Shown here: one piece after another, positions 17,572 to 26,496 of the stretch
Position numbering within the stretch: the stretch's first letter is position 1
Layout: each line of letters begins with the position of its first letter
NCBI GenBank assembly: GCA_963828655.1
Contig: CAWHFK010000007.1
Coordinates: 3-64,002, forward strand
Reading direction: 5' to 3'
From: an uncultured Thermoleophilia bacterium
GTDB lineage: Bacteria; Actinomycetota; Thermoleophilia; Gaiellales; Gaiellaceae
DNA length: 64,000 nucleotides
Notes under the pieces: generated by a model
Databases searched by the model: none
What the model was told of the DNA's origin: nothing
Seen by the model: the letters and a program-made list of their open reading frames with translations, nothing else
Made by a program: the position numbers and the translations under genes

Positions 17572-17967
17572 TTGAGCGCCTTCCTCGACGCCAATGTCCT
17601 GATCCGGCACCTGACCGGCGATCCGCCCGCTCAGGCGCGTCGCGCTTCCGCCTTCCTCGAACGAGCGGAAGAGTTGCTCGTGCCCGACCTGATCGTCGCG
17701 GAGGTTGTCTACGTCCTCGAGTCGTTCTACGAGGTCGAGCATCAACGCGTCGCGGAGCTCGTTCGCGCGATCATCGGGTTCCCGGTGATCGTCGTCGTCG
17801 ACGAACCGCTGCTCCTCCGAGCACTCGAGGTCTACGAAGTTGACCGACTCGATTTCGCCGAGGCCTACCTCGTCGCAAGCGCAGAAGCGACCGGCGTCGA
17901 GACCATCGCATCATTCGACCGCGAGATAGACCGAGTCGCCACGGTGCAGCGCATCGAGCCGGCCTGA
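17572..17967 (+). CDS. PIN-domain (VapC-like) toxin
   Basis: SAFLDANVLIRHL...DLIVAEVVYVL...DFAEAYLVASA...SFDRE shows the PIN acidic quartet pattern. TTG start. Confidence 0.8.
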   Translation: MSAFLDANVLIRHLTGDPPAQARRASAFLERAEELLVPDLIVAEVVYVLESFYEVEHQRVAELVRAIIGFPVIVVVDEPLLLRALEVYEVDRLDFAEAYLVASAEATGVETIASFDREIDRVATVQRIEPA

Positions 17968-18049
17968 CCACCCGCGCGCCCCGAACCGTCGGAGCCGAGT
18001 TGGTAGACGACCGACCAGGACATCAAGGGCAACTGCACGAAGTATGTCT

Positions 18050-18070
18050 GGCCTCCTGGCCCGTCGACCG
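18050..18070 (+). repeat. Single unit of the GGCCTCCTGGCCCGTCGACCG family
   Basis: One mismatch to the consensus. Lies between convergent genes. Confidence 0.75.
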
Positions 18071-18112
18071 GCGGGCTCTGAAGCACCGCCTCGCCTGGCC
18101 AGCCTCTCGTGC

Positions 18113-19147
18113 TCACGAGATTGGCGCGGCGGTTCCCCAGTCCGGCTCGCTCTCCCAGAGGTTCGTCCGGATGAGCGCCTTCTTGTTTTTGCCGGTCGAG
18201 TCCATCACCCAGAGATCCGGGAGTTGGTCGGAAGCAATTCCCGGCTGGTGTGCGTAGATGATCTTCTTGCCGTCGGGCGACCAGTTCGGCTCGATGTTCC
18301 TGCCGGCGCTGGTGAGCCGCGTCAGGCGGGAGCCGTCCGCCGCGACCGTATAGGCCTGAGAGGTTTCACTGCAGGAGCAGTCCCGGTACGACTGGAACAG
18401 GATCCTCGATCCGTCCGGTGACCAGTTCGCACCGCCGGCGTTGAGGCTCCAGGGCGTGATCCGACGCGGCTTCCCGCCGGTGCTGGCGATGATGAACAAC
18501 GCCTGCTTGTTCGTCGGAACCGCCGAGTCGTTGAGCCGGGTAAAGACAATGTGCATCCCGTCAGGCGACCAGGCCGGTTCGTGATCCTCCGACTTGGCAG
18601 CAGCCGCACGGCTGATCTGATGGGGGTGGCCTCCGTTCGAGTCCATCAGCCAGACGTCGGCGGCCAGCGACTCAGTGCTCTTCACATGCACCGCCCGCAC
18701 GAAGACGATCCGATGTCCGTCGGGAGAGTACTGCGGGTCGTCGTTCGCGATGCAATCGCCCGTGCAGGTGCCGATCTGGCGCAAGCCACTACCGTCAGCG
18801 TTGACGCGCATCACCTCGTCGGCGACCTTCGGCTGGTTCGAGGTCGGCTCGAAGATCCGCTCGAACACGATGTACGAGCCGTCAGGCGACCAATCAGGAA
18901 GATCGTCGGTGACGCCGGCAGCCGGATGCGTGAGCTGCCGACGGTGCGACCCGTCGGGGTTGGCGGCATAGATGGCCGACGTGCTTTGGTCTCCGGCACG
19001 GAGGAATCCCTTCCAGGCGATCTGACCACTCCGGGCGGCAGACGAAGATGATTGCGCCGCAACGCCAGACGTTGTGGCCGCACCGAAAGGAGTGGCGAGC
19101 GCGGCAACAGCGGCGATCACTACGGCGCTCCGACCGGGGACGTTCAT
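18113..19147 (-). CDS. Secreted PD40/TolB-like beta-propeller repeat protein
   Basis: Start at MNVPGRS after an AGGAGG RBS, followed by a signal peptide. Repeated (W/Y)SPDG motifs (DWSPDGS, YSPDGH, AWSPDGM, NWSPDGS, NWSPDGK). Confidence 0.8.
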   Translation of the reverse strand: MNVPGRSAVVIAAVAALATPFGAATTSGVAAQSSSSAARSGQIAWKGFLRAGDQSTSAIYAANPDGSHRRQLTHPAAGVTDDLPDWSPDGSYIVFERIFEPTSNQPKVADEVMRVNADGSGLRQIGTCTGDCIANDDPQYSPDGHRIVFVRAVHVKSTESLAADVWLMDSNGGHPHQISRAAAAKSEDHEPAWSPDGMHIVFTRLNDSAVPTNKQALFIIASTGGKPRRITPWSLNAGGANWSPDGSRILFQSYRDCSCSETSQAYTVAADGSRLTRLTSAGRNIEPNWSPDGKKIIYAHQPGIASDQLPDLWVMDSTGKNKKALIRTNLWESEPDWGTAAPIS

Positions 19148-19272
19148 CGGGAACCTCCTGAGAGAGGGCGGGAAAGGTGGCGTCGCGTGCGGATCTTCTT
19201 CGGCGAGGCTCTCGAGTCGGTGCATCGCACCGCGCCAGCCGGTGGCTGTTTGCGTAGCGGCTGGTTCGCCAT

Positions 19273-20547
19273 CTACAAGGCCGTCTGGGGCTGCCGTTGG
19301 AGGAGGCGGTCGATTGCGGCGCCAGGCGCCCAGGCGGGTCGTCCGACTGAGAGCGGCCCTGTGCCACTGGCCGGGGTCGCCCGGTGCAGGGCGGTTCCGT
19401 CGGGCTGCATGAGCCAGGTGCCGTTGCTGGTGCCGATTGCGAGCTGCGTGCCGTCGGGCGACCAGAGCGGCTCGCCGACGATGCCGATGTGCGGACACGA
19501 GCCGGCAGGGCCGGGTGTTTCGTCGATCCCGTTTGGCGTGACGAGCCGGATGCCGCAGGTCGCCTCGTAGGCGATCAGCTTGCCGTCAGGCGACCAGGAC
19601 GGCGCCGAGCCGGCGCGGGCGAGGAGTGTCCGATCGGTGCCGTCGGTGCGTGTCGTGTACACGTCTGAGCGCATCCGCTTCGGCGCGAACTTGGTGTCGC
19701 GCTGAACCGTGAGGTGCGGGAATGGCGCGGTTGCGAAGGCGATTCGGGTCCCATCCGGTGACCAGCTCGGCCAATACGCGCTCGTCGTGTGAGTTGGCAG
19801 GCGACGCCTTCCGGTTCCGTTCGCGTTGATCAGGTAGATCGCCGTCCGCTCGCCACCGTGCAGGAGGTCGTCACCGCAGACGTAGGCGAGCCGCTTGCTG
19901 TCGGGTGCCCATGCGACCTGGTGTGGCAGCGGACATCCGAGCTTCTTCACCGATTCGTCGACGAGGCGCTGAAGGACCTGAGTCGGCTGCTCCCGTTCGA
20001 TGTTCGGGATGGGGAGCGAGCCGAGATGCGTGTCGGTCCCGCTCGTTACGTTGATGACGTGCAGTCCGACGTACCCGCTGCGGCCGCCGACCTCGCCGAG
20101 AGTGATCGCAAGACGGCGCCCGTTCGGCGACCAGGCGATGCTGGTGAGATCGCCGCACCAGGTGTGCTTCGGGCACGTCCAGACGGTATGGAGTCCGCCG
20201 CGCGTGTCGAGGACGGCGATCGCAGCCAGGCTTTCGCGAACCCCCCGGATCCGCTCGTCATGCGCTTGGATCACGGTGAGCTGCGCCGCGCGAGGAACGA
20301 CAGGAGACGCGGTCTTCCGGGCGGCGAGGTAGGTCGCCGTCGCCGCAGCCGCGAGCACGAGCGCCGCCCCGACGGCTACAAGCAGACGCAGAGCGCGGCT
20401 TCGTGGCAACCGAACACGCAGCGTTGGCCGCGACGGCGCCTGCAGCTCCTCGAGACACTCTGCGAGCAGCGACTCGGCGAACGAGCGTCGAGGTTGCGCG
20501 GCACGTCCAACCTGCGCGAGCAGTTCCAACGGATCGCGTTCGCTCAC
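19273..20547 (-). CDS. Putative anti-sigma factor: N-terminal cytoplasmic segment, one TM helix, PD40 beta-propeller
   Basis: GTGA overlap with the ECF sigma gene. TM helix is LLVAVGAALVLAAAATATYL. WSPNG/WSPDG repeats follow it. Confidence 0.7.
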   Translation of the reverse strand: MSERDPLELLAQVGRAAQPRRSFAESLLAECLEELQAPSRPTLRVRLPRSRALRLLVAVGAALVLAAAATATYLAARKTASPVVPRAAQLTVIQAHDERIRGVRESLAAIAVLDTRGGLHTVWTCPKHTWCGDLTSIAWSPNGRRLAITLGEVGGRSGYVGLHVINVTSGTDTHLGSLPIPNIEREQPTQVLQRLVDESVKKLGCPLPHQVAWAPDSKRLAYVCGDDLLHGGERTAIYLINANGTGRRRLPTHTTSAYWPSWSPDGTRIAFATAPFPHLTVQRDTKFAPKRMRSDVYTTRTDGTDRTLLARAGSAPSWSPDGKLIAYEATCGIRLVTPNGIDETPGPAGSCPHIGIVGEPLWSPDGTQLAIGTSNGTWLMQPDGTALHRATPASGTGPLSVGRPAWAPGAAIDRLLQRQPQTAL

Positions 20548-21077
20548 GCTGACACCTCCATGTATGCCTGCCGGAATCTCACGCGCCCCCGCGCGAGCAG
20601 CGACTCGACCGCCTCGACGCTGCGCCCGAGAGCGGCGGCGACCTCGGGAACCGACAACCCGTCGACATGACGCAGAACCAGAGCGATCCGCTGGTCGCCA
20701 GGGACGGACGCGAGCGCCGTAATCGCACGGCCATCGCCGTCGTCCGTCCGCTCGGCAGGTGTCTCGGCGATCTCGGAGGCGACTCGCGACCGCGCCCGAT
20801 CCTGGCGCCGGTAGTGGTCCAGGAGCTTGTGCCGCGCAATCCCCATGATCCAGGCGAACGGCTCATCGACCTGCCGCTCCTTCCGCACCTCCACGACCGC
20901 AGCGAGGAACGTTTCCTGAGTCAGGTCTTCGGCAGTCGCCGATGACCCGGAGCGGTGCAACAGGTAGCCATACACCCGGGGAAGCGCAGCGCTGTAGAAC
21001 GCGCGGAACTCCTCCGCGTCGCGAGTCAGGCGCCGTTCGCCACCCGCGCCGAGATCCTGATCGACGATCGCAACCAT
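20544..21077 (-). CDS. ECF-type RNA polymerase sigma factor
   Basis: Region 2 is AEDLTQETFLAA...IARHKLLDHYRR. Region 4 is LVLRHVDGLSVPEVAAALGRSVEAVESLLARGR. Confidence 0.9.
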   Translation of the reverse strand: MVAIVDQDLGAGGERRLTRDAEEFRAFYSAALPRVYGYLLHRSGSSATAEDLTQETFLAAVVEVRKERQVDEPFAWIMGIARHKLLDHYRRQDRARSRVASEIAETPAERTDDGDGRAITALASVPGDQRIALVLRHVDGLSVPEVAAALGRSVEAVESLLARGRVRFRQAYMEVSA

Positions 21078-21104
21078 CCGATCCTATGTCGTCGACGCAG
21101 AACG

Positions 21105-21131
21105 GATTCCGTCGGTGCCCGCGACGGAATC
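21105..21131. promoter_or_regulatory. Perfect 10-bp inverted repeat upstream of the ECF sigma gene
   Basis: GATTCCGTCG-N7-CGACGGAATC, 28 nt upstream of the start. Contains a GGAAT, an ECF -35-like pentamer, on the gene strand. Confidence 0.4.
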
Positions 21132-21186
21132 ACCCTGCTCCGCATCCTTGCGCCGGCTACGCGCTCGCGCGGAGCGCGGGTGGCCG

Positions 21187-21522
21187 CTACGGCGAAATCC
21201 TCGGTGGCGAGCCGGAATCGACCGCCAGCCAGTCTAGGCGCAGTGGCGGCTCGCCGATGTCCTCGATCCGATGTGACAACTCCGGTGGCACGCGCACCAC
21301 CTCACCGGCGCGGACGATCCGCATCTGAAGGTCGCCGAGGAATGCCGTGCTCACGTAGACCGGCGAGAGGATCGCCCGGTCGTCATCGCCGTTGCCGCTG
21401 ACGAGCTCAAGCACGTCCTCAGGGTAGACCCGCAGGCGCGCTAAGCAGCTGTGGTCGAGCGGGCAGCCGAACGGCGGCGCATCGGTGTCGCCGCTCAGCC
21501 GCGCCCGCGCCTTGTCGAACAT
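21187..21522 (-). CDS. Hypothetical protein, degenerate cupin-like
   Basis: 111 aa. VRAGEVVRVPPELSHRIEDIGEPPLRLDWLAV resembles cupin motif 2, but the His-rich motif 1 is not seen. Confidence 0.45.
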   Translation of the reverse strand: MFDKARARLSGDTDAPPFGCPLDHSCLARLRVYPEDVLELVSGNGDDDRAILSPVYVSTAFLGDLQMRIVRAGEVVRVPPELSHRIEDIGEPPLRLDWLAVDSGSPPRISP

Positions 21523-21681
21523 GCGCAGGAGGCTGGGGCCTTCTGGTGGGAGATCAGAAGGCCGATGGCCGGTCGTGTCGGCCGCTCGAACCGACCCCGT
21601 GGAAAGGTGGTGTGGCCCACATCCCGCGATCTAGACTCGCAACCAGGCGATGGCGAAGATCGACCACCCGGATGGAGGACG

Positions 21682-22527
21682 ATGATCTTGCGCAGCTCGT
21701 TCCAGGAGTTGGATGGCTGCCGCGTTCACTGCGTGTCGGGCGGCCAGGGGCCGTCCGTGCTCCTGGTGCACGGATATGGAGTCTCGGGCGCGTACATGCT
21801 CCCACTTGCCGAGGCCTTGTCCCGATCGTTCAGTGTGCTCATCCCTGATCTACCCGGAAGCGGCAAGAGCGACCGCCCGGCGGACACGCTCGGCATCGGT
21901 GAGCTGGCTGCGCTGCTTGGGCAGCTCGTCGACGTGCTGAACATTGCAACGCCGATTACCGTCGCGAATTCGTTCGGATGCCAGATCGTCACGGCTTTGG
22001 CGGTTGACCGACCAGATAGTCTCGGGCCGCTCGTGCTGGTCGGCCCCACCGTCGATCCGACGCGCCGATCAGGGAGGCGTCAACTCTTCAGTGCCCTTCG
22101 TGCTCTGACACGCGAGCCTGAATCGGTCGTCCTCGAGAGTGTTCGAAGAACGACGGCTCACGATGCTTTCAGGTTGGCCGCGACCGCGCGAGTGATCCTC
22201 ACAGACCGCATCGAGGAACGCTTGCCCTCGATTCGTCAACCCGCTGTTGTCGTCGTCGGAGAGCGGGATGCATTCGTCGACGGTGCTTGGGGTCGGCGCG
22301 TCACCGATCTCCTCCCGTACGGAAGACTTGTGGTCGTCCCAGGCGAGCCGCATGCAGTGCACTTCACGCGGCCGAAGCTCATCGCCGACCTCGTCGCCGC
22401 GTTACACATCGAAGAACGGAAGGATCGCCGCCACGAACTCGGCGGGAGCCTCGAGCATCGGCACATGACCGCAGCTGAGGAGCGCGAGCCGGGCCTGTGG
22501 AATGAGCCGTTGCCACTCTTGAGCTAA
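21682..22527 (+). CDS. Alpha/beta hydrolase
   Basis: ATG after a GGAGGA RBS. VLLVHGYGVSG...ANSFGCQIV (nucleophile elbow)...VVPGEPHAVH. The last 126 nt overlap the convergent hydrolase gene. Confidence 0.8.
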   Translation: MILRSSFQELDGCRVHCVSGGQGPSVLLVHGYGVSGAYMLPLAEALSRSFSVLIPDLPGSGKSDRPADTLGIGELAALLGQLVDVLNIATPITVANSFGCQIVTALAVDRPDSLGPLVLVGPTVDPTRRSGRRQLFSALRALTREPESVVLESVRRTTAHDAFRLAATARVILTDRIEERLPSIRQPAVVVVGERDAFVDGAWGRRVTDLLPYGRLVVVPGEPHAVHFTRPKLIADLVAALHIEERKDRRHELGGSLEHRHMTAAEEREPGLWNEPLPLLS

Positions 22528-23118
22528 GCGCGGCGGCACGAGCCTGTCACGCTCCCCCCAAACGAGGAGCGTCGGCGCGCCGATCAACGGAAGCTCGGAT
22601 GCAAGATCACGACGGTCAAGGAGCGCAATCTCTCGCGCGACTGCGATCGGCCCGGTCCGGACAGCATCGCCCAGAACCATGGGCAACCGCAGTCGAATGT
22701 CGAACAACGAGCGAGCAAGCGGCAGCAGTCGACCTGTCACACCGCGACCGCACGGGATGCCGGCCGGCGCGACGAGCACCAGCTTTCCGACCCTCTGGGG
22801 CGCGACCGCCGCCAACTCGGCCGCGAACAACCCTCCCAACGAGTGCGCCGCAACATCGACCTGATCGAGGCCGGCGGCGTCAAGCCACCGCAAGACCCAC
22901 GATCCCATCGCGTCGTCGCCCAGGTTGCGCGGCGGACGGGGCAGCTCGGGAACATAGAGCCGCCGGCTCGCAATGAGCGCGGGAAAGAGCGGCGACCACC
23001 AACGCCACGAGCCGGCCAGCCCGTGCAGGAGCACGAGCGGTCTGCCAGAGCCGAGCTCGCGCTGGCGCACGAACCGGCCGCCAACGCTCACCTGACGAAC
23101 CTCAGGCTGGCCGTTCAC
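22402..23118 (-). CDS. Alpha/beta hydrolase
   Basis: LVLLHGLAGSW...AHSLGGLFA...SCGHVPMLEAP shows the canonical fold motifs. Confidence 0.8.
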   Translation of the reverse strand: MNGQPEVRQVSVGGRFVRQRELGSGRPLVLLHGLAGSWRWWSPLFPALIASRRLYVPELPRPPRNLGDDAMGSWVLRWLDAAGLDQVDVAAHSLGGLFAAELAAVAPQRVGKLVLVAPAGIPCGRGVTGRLLPLARSLFDIRLRLPMVLGDAVRTGPIAVAREIALLDRRDLASELPLIGAPTLLVWGERDRLVPPRLAQEWQRLIPQARLALLSCGHVPMLEAPAEFVAAILPFFDV

Positions 23119-23171
23119 AACCCGAGCGTAAGCGAGCCGCGCCCGGAACCGAGTGCACTCATCATTTCGTG

Positions 23172-23220
23172 CACCTCCTGGCGCGGTTGACCGACGCGAC
23201 CTCCTGCCCCCGATTGCTGG
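23172..23220 (+). repeat. Two degenerate units of the CCTCCTGGC...TTGACCG family
   Basis: CACCTCCTGGCGCGGTTGACCG followed by CGACCTCCTGCCCCCGATTGCTGG. Confidence 0.65.
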
Positions 23221-23627
23221 CCGGCAGGTGACGCTAGCGAGCGGATTCAGACCGGGCTAGCGTCCGGGTTCGGCTCATAGCGACCGCGTCGCCGTACGTG
23301 CGTGGACGGACGTTCCCGCAGCACCTGCGTGGCGTGGCGGGGGTGGGCGTGGCGACGCGCTCGGGTGCGCCTGCCCTGACGAGTGGACACGACATCTCCT
23401 TTCGTCCCCGCAAACGTCCGCCTCCACGGCCAACTTGTCATCGGGGAAACCTCGCAACCGATCGTCGAGCACATTGCTCGGCAGAGCGGACTGGCCGAAG
23501 CAGAGCAGCAGGGAGTTCTCACCCTCTACGCCGGCTAGGCCAGGGCCATGACCTGGGCGAAGCGGCGCGCCGCATCTGGCGCTGGTCCCGTAACGTTCCT
23601 GGGACGCGTTGCGGTCTAGATTAAGGG

Positions 23628-24836
23628 ATGGCTGCGGAGGCGAGCCTAGGAGCGCATCCCGAGATCACTGCCGGGCGGCTGGCGTCTCCGCGGACGGCCT
23701 TGGTGCTCGGTGTCGCGGCGGTGCTGTTGGTTGCGGCCGCTATCCCGTTGGCCATTGTGAGACACGGCCTGTCGCAGGGGATCATTGTCATTCCCTTCGG
23801 GGTCGTCGGTTTCGTCGTGGCGCGGCGTCAGCCCCACAATCCAATCGGCTGGATCCTGCTTGGTATGACGCTCGCGTTCCTGCTCTCGGACGACGGCGGG
23901 AGCTATGCGGTCCTCTACTACCGGCGGGGCTACGGTGCCCTGCCGCTCGCCCGGGTCGGAGCCTTTCTCGCTGCGTGGTGGATCTGGCTGCTCCTCCTGT
24001 TGCCGCTGCCGATCGGGCTTTTCCCCGACGGGCGCCTGTCAGGACGCTGGCGTGCGGTGGTCTGGGTGTATCTCGGGGTCTGCGCGCTGTTCGTGGTGGG
24101 TTATACGTGGCAGGACGCGACCGGGATCGCTGCCCGGCACATCCGGGTCGACTCCAACGGTGAGCTGGTGTCCGCCGACGGCGGCTTTGGCGGCTCGGCG
24201 GTCAAGGGTGTGATGGCCGTCTCCTTTTTCGCCTTCTGCGTGGCCTGTGTCGGCCGCCAGATTCTCAGCTACCGGCGCTCGGCGGGAGAGCATCGCCAGC
24301 AGCTGAAGTGGCTGCTGAGCGGCGGTGCGATCTCGATCGGCGGTCTCCTGCTCGCGATGGCCATCAACAACAGCAACAACGCGGTCTTGAGTGCCCTGGG
24401 CTTCATCGGCTTTGTCAGCGTCGCCGCCCTCCCGTTCGGGATCGGGGTCGGCATCCTCCGCTACCGGCTCTACGAGATCGACCGGCTGATCAGCCGCACG
24501 CTCTCCTATCTGATCGTTACCGGCCTTCTGGCCGGCGTGTTCGTCGGCACCGTCGTGCTCGCAACCGACGTGCTGCCGTTCTCCTCTCCGGTCGCGATCG
24601 CCGCCTCGACGCTGGCCGCCGCCGCACTGTTCAACCCCTTGCGAAGACGCGTGCAGCATCTGGTCGACCGGCGCTTCAACCGCACCCATTACGACGCCGA
24701 AGCGATCGTCGCGGGGTTCAATGCCCACCTCCGCGAAGCAGTCGACCTCGACACCGTGCGAAGCGAACTACTCCAGGCCGTCGGCGCCGCCGTCCAGCCC
24801 ACCCACGTGTCGCTCTGGATCAGACCATCTGCCTAA
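23628..24836 (+). CDS. Polytopic membrane protein resembling the sensor half of actinobacterial histidine kinases, without a kinase domain
   Basis: 402 aa with about 8-10 TM helices. Ends RYRLYEIDRLISRTLSYL...LFNPLRRRVQHLVDRRFNR.HYDAE...SLWIRP. Paralog at 34073-35281. Confidence 0.8.
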   Translation: MAAEASLGAHPEITAGRLASPRTALVLGVAAVLLVAAAIPLAIVRHGLSQGIIVIPFGVVGFVVARRQPHNPIGWILLGMTLAFLLSDDGGSYAVLYYRRGYGALPLARVGAFLAAWWIWLLLLLPLPIGLFPDGRLSGRWRAVVWVYLGVCALFVVGYTWQDATGIAARHIRVDSNGELVSADGGFGGSAVKGVMAVSFFAFCVACVGRQILSYRRSAGEHRQQLKWLLSGGAISIGGLLLAMAINNSNNAVLSALGFIGFVSVAALPFGIGVGILRYRLYEIDRLISRTLSYLIVTGLLAGVFVGTVVLATDVLPFSSPVAIAASTLAAAALFNPLRRRVQHLVDRRFNRTHYDAEAIVAGFNAHLREAVDLDTVRSELLQAVGAAVQPTHVSLWIRPSA

Positions 24837-24971
24837 CGCTCGACCAAGAATGTCGCCCACCCCGGCACGCAAACACTGACGAGGACGAATCGGCCACGGC
24901 GCGCGTGCGTGTAGCGGGCGAGCTGCAACTTCCCGGCAAGATGGCCTCCACGAACATCTCCGCCCTATTCC

Positions 24972-25361
24972 CTAGGCTCCCCGCGGACTCTCGTCGGCGA
25001 TGACGACGCGCACGAGATCCCGGATCGAAATGATCCCGACCGGGTCGCCGCCGTCAAGCACGGGCAGGTGGCGAAAGCCACCATGGATCATGATCGCCGC
25101 CGCTTGCCCCGCGCGCTCGGACGGTTCGACCGTCTCCGGGTCGCGCGTCATCCAGTCGCCGACGGTCGCGCTCTCAATGTTCCCGGCCGCGACGGCCCGC
25201 AAGACGTCGCGTTCGGTCAGGATGCCCGCAAGGCGCCCGCCAGAGAAGACCAGCACCGCACCCACTTTGCGCTCGTCCATCTGCCGTGCGGCCTCGGTCA
25301 GCCCCAGCGAAGGCTCCGCCGTCAACAGGCTGCCCGACATGATCTCGCCGACGGTCGTCAT
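24972..25361 (-). CDS. CBS domain pair protein
   Basis: 129 aa with two CBS repeats (VGAVLV...GILTERDVLRAV and HLPVLD...GIISIRDLVR). GAGGAGG RBS upstream. Confidence 0.85.
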   Translation of the reverse strand: MTTVGEIMSGSLLTAEPSLGLTEAARQMDERKVGAVLVFSGGRLAGILTERDVLRAVAAGNIESATVGDWMTRDPETVEPSERAGQAAAIMIHGGFRHLPVLDGGDPVGIISIRDLVRVVIADESPRGA

Positions 25362-25769
25362 TCCCGCCTCCTCTCAGTCCCATCCCAAACGAAACCGACT
25401 GCAAACGAGTTGCTCCTCCTAGCCTACGCTCGTAAGGGACGGTCGGACCACAGGGGCGACGCACGAGCGCGTTGTTTCAGTCGCGACGTCCTCGGCGGCC
25501 ACCTGTAACACCGCAGCCACGGCTACGCACGCCCCCACAGCGTTGCGTAGCCGCTGCTGCCCCCGAGCCGGCGGTCTCCGAGGAAGGGTCAATGAAGAGA
25601 ACCGTCGGTCGGACGAAACTAGTACGACGGAGCGAGCGCGGCTAGAGCGTAGTGTCCCACATGTCGTCTTTTACGGTCTTGCAGCACGTGATCGCGGGGC
25701 GTAGCTTCGGCGTTCGTGCTCTGTGCGGAATGCAACCTCCCAACCGAGCTCCGAAGAGGGAACAGCGCC

Positions 25770-25979
25770 ATGGCCTTTCGATACCGGCTCTACCTCGAAA
25801 ACGGCGAAGACATCGGGCGGTTCGAGACGATGGCCCCGACGTGGCGGATCGGCGACGAACTCTACGACGACGACCACAACCGCTTCCGGGTCACTGCCTC
25901 GATCCCAGCCGACGATTTCGGCAGCGACGACTACAACGGCCTGCTCGTCGTGACACCGCTCGAACTCGCAGAGCCGTAG
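25770..25979 (+). CDS. Small hypothetical protein
   Basis: 69 aa from the internal ATG (MAFRYRLYLENGEDIGRF...). Coding-like composition, no family recognised. Confidence 0.4.
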   Translation: MAFRYRLYLENGEDIGRFETMAPTWRIGDELYDDDHNRFRVTASIPADDFGSDDYNGLLVVTPLELAEP

Positions 25980-26109
25980 CGGCGAGAGGATTCAGCGCCG
26001 TCGCCTTCGACGCCGGCATCGTCCAGGCGCAGCGATGCGCGTTGGACTCTCAGTAAGCGCGGTCGGCGTGCTTGTAGCGTGCCGGCCGGCCTCACTGAGC
26101 GTGGTTACC

Positions 26110-26385
26110 TCAGTAGGTCGTTGCGTCGTCCACCTCGGCTACCGTCGGCCCTGACTTCAGCCTCATCCCGCCGCGCTCTATGGCGCCGGAGGCGATGAGA
26201 CGCTCGCGGAACGCCGCGGCTTCCTCGACTGATGGAAACTCGACGCGGACAAAAGCCTCGTTCGCGTTGTCGACGGCACGCGAAACGACGTGACCCGTCG
26301 CGCCGTTGTCCCTCCGGCCCACCGGATCCTCATCGAACATCGCCTTCCACGTGTCGTAGTCGTCGACCTCAAAATTCATCACCAT
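26110..26385 (-). CDS. Small hypothetical protein
   Basis: About 91 aa from MVMNFEVDDYDTWKAMFDEDP. Looks like a small alpha+beta protein, no family recognised. Confidence 0.5.
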   Translation of the reverse strand: MVMNFEVDDYDTWKAMFDEDPVGRRDNGATGHVVSRAVDNANEAFVRVEFPSVEEAAAFRERLIASGAIERGGMRLKSGPTVAEVDDATTY

Positions 26386-26496
26386 GATCGCCACGGCCGC
26401 TCCTTTCGTCGGGAACCGGACGGCGCCAATCAGACCGCACCAGTGACGAACCACCGTCTCATGTCCGAGGTCAGACCGTCAACGCGGCGATCACCC

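Noticed and set aside
17376-17594. Minus-strand ORF ending ...RKPDWFTRNVFNRGTI, reminiscent of the N-terminus of deazaflavin-dependent nitroreductase-like proteins.
   Set aside because: Only about 12 residues are similar, there is no continuation in any frame, and the rest of the ORF is Ala/Arg/Gly-rich shadow sequence. Too weak to call.
23230-23264. Hairpin GACGCTAGC-N17-GCTAGCGTC in the 500-nt intergenic region upstream of 23628. There is also a 10-bp stem at 25520-25553 (CGGCTACGCA/TGCGTAGCCG).
   Set aside because: These are isolated stems with no recognisable riboswitch core or terminator context. Such stems arise easily in GC-rich DNA.
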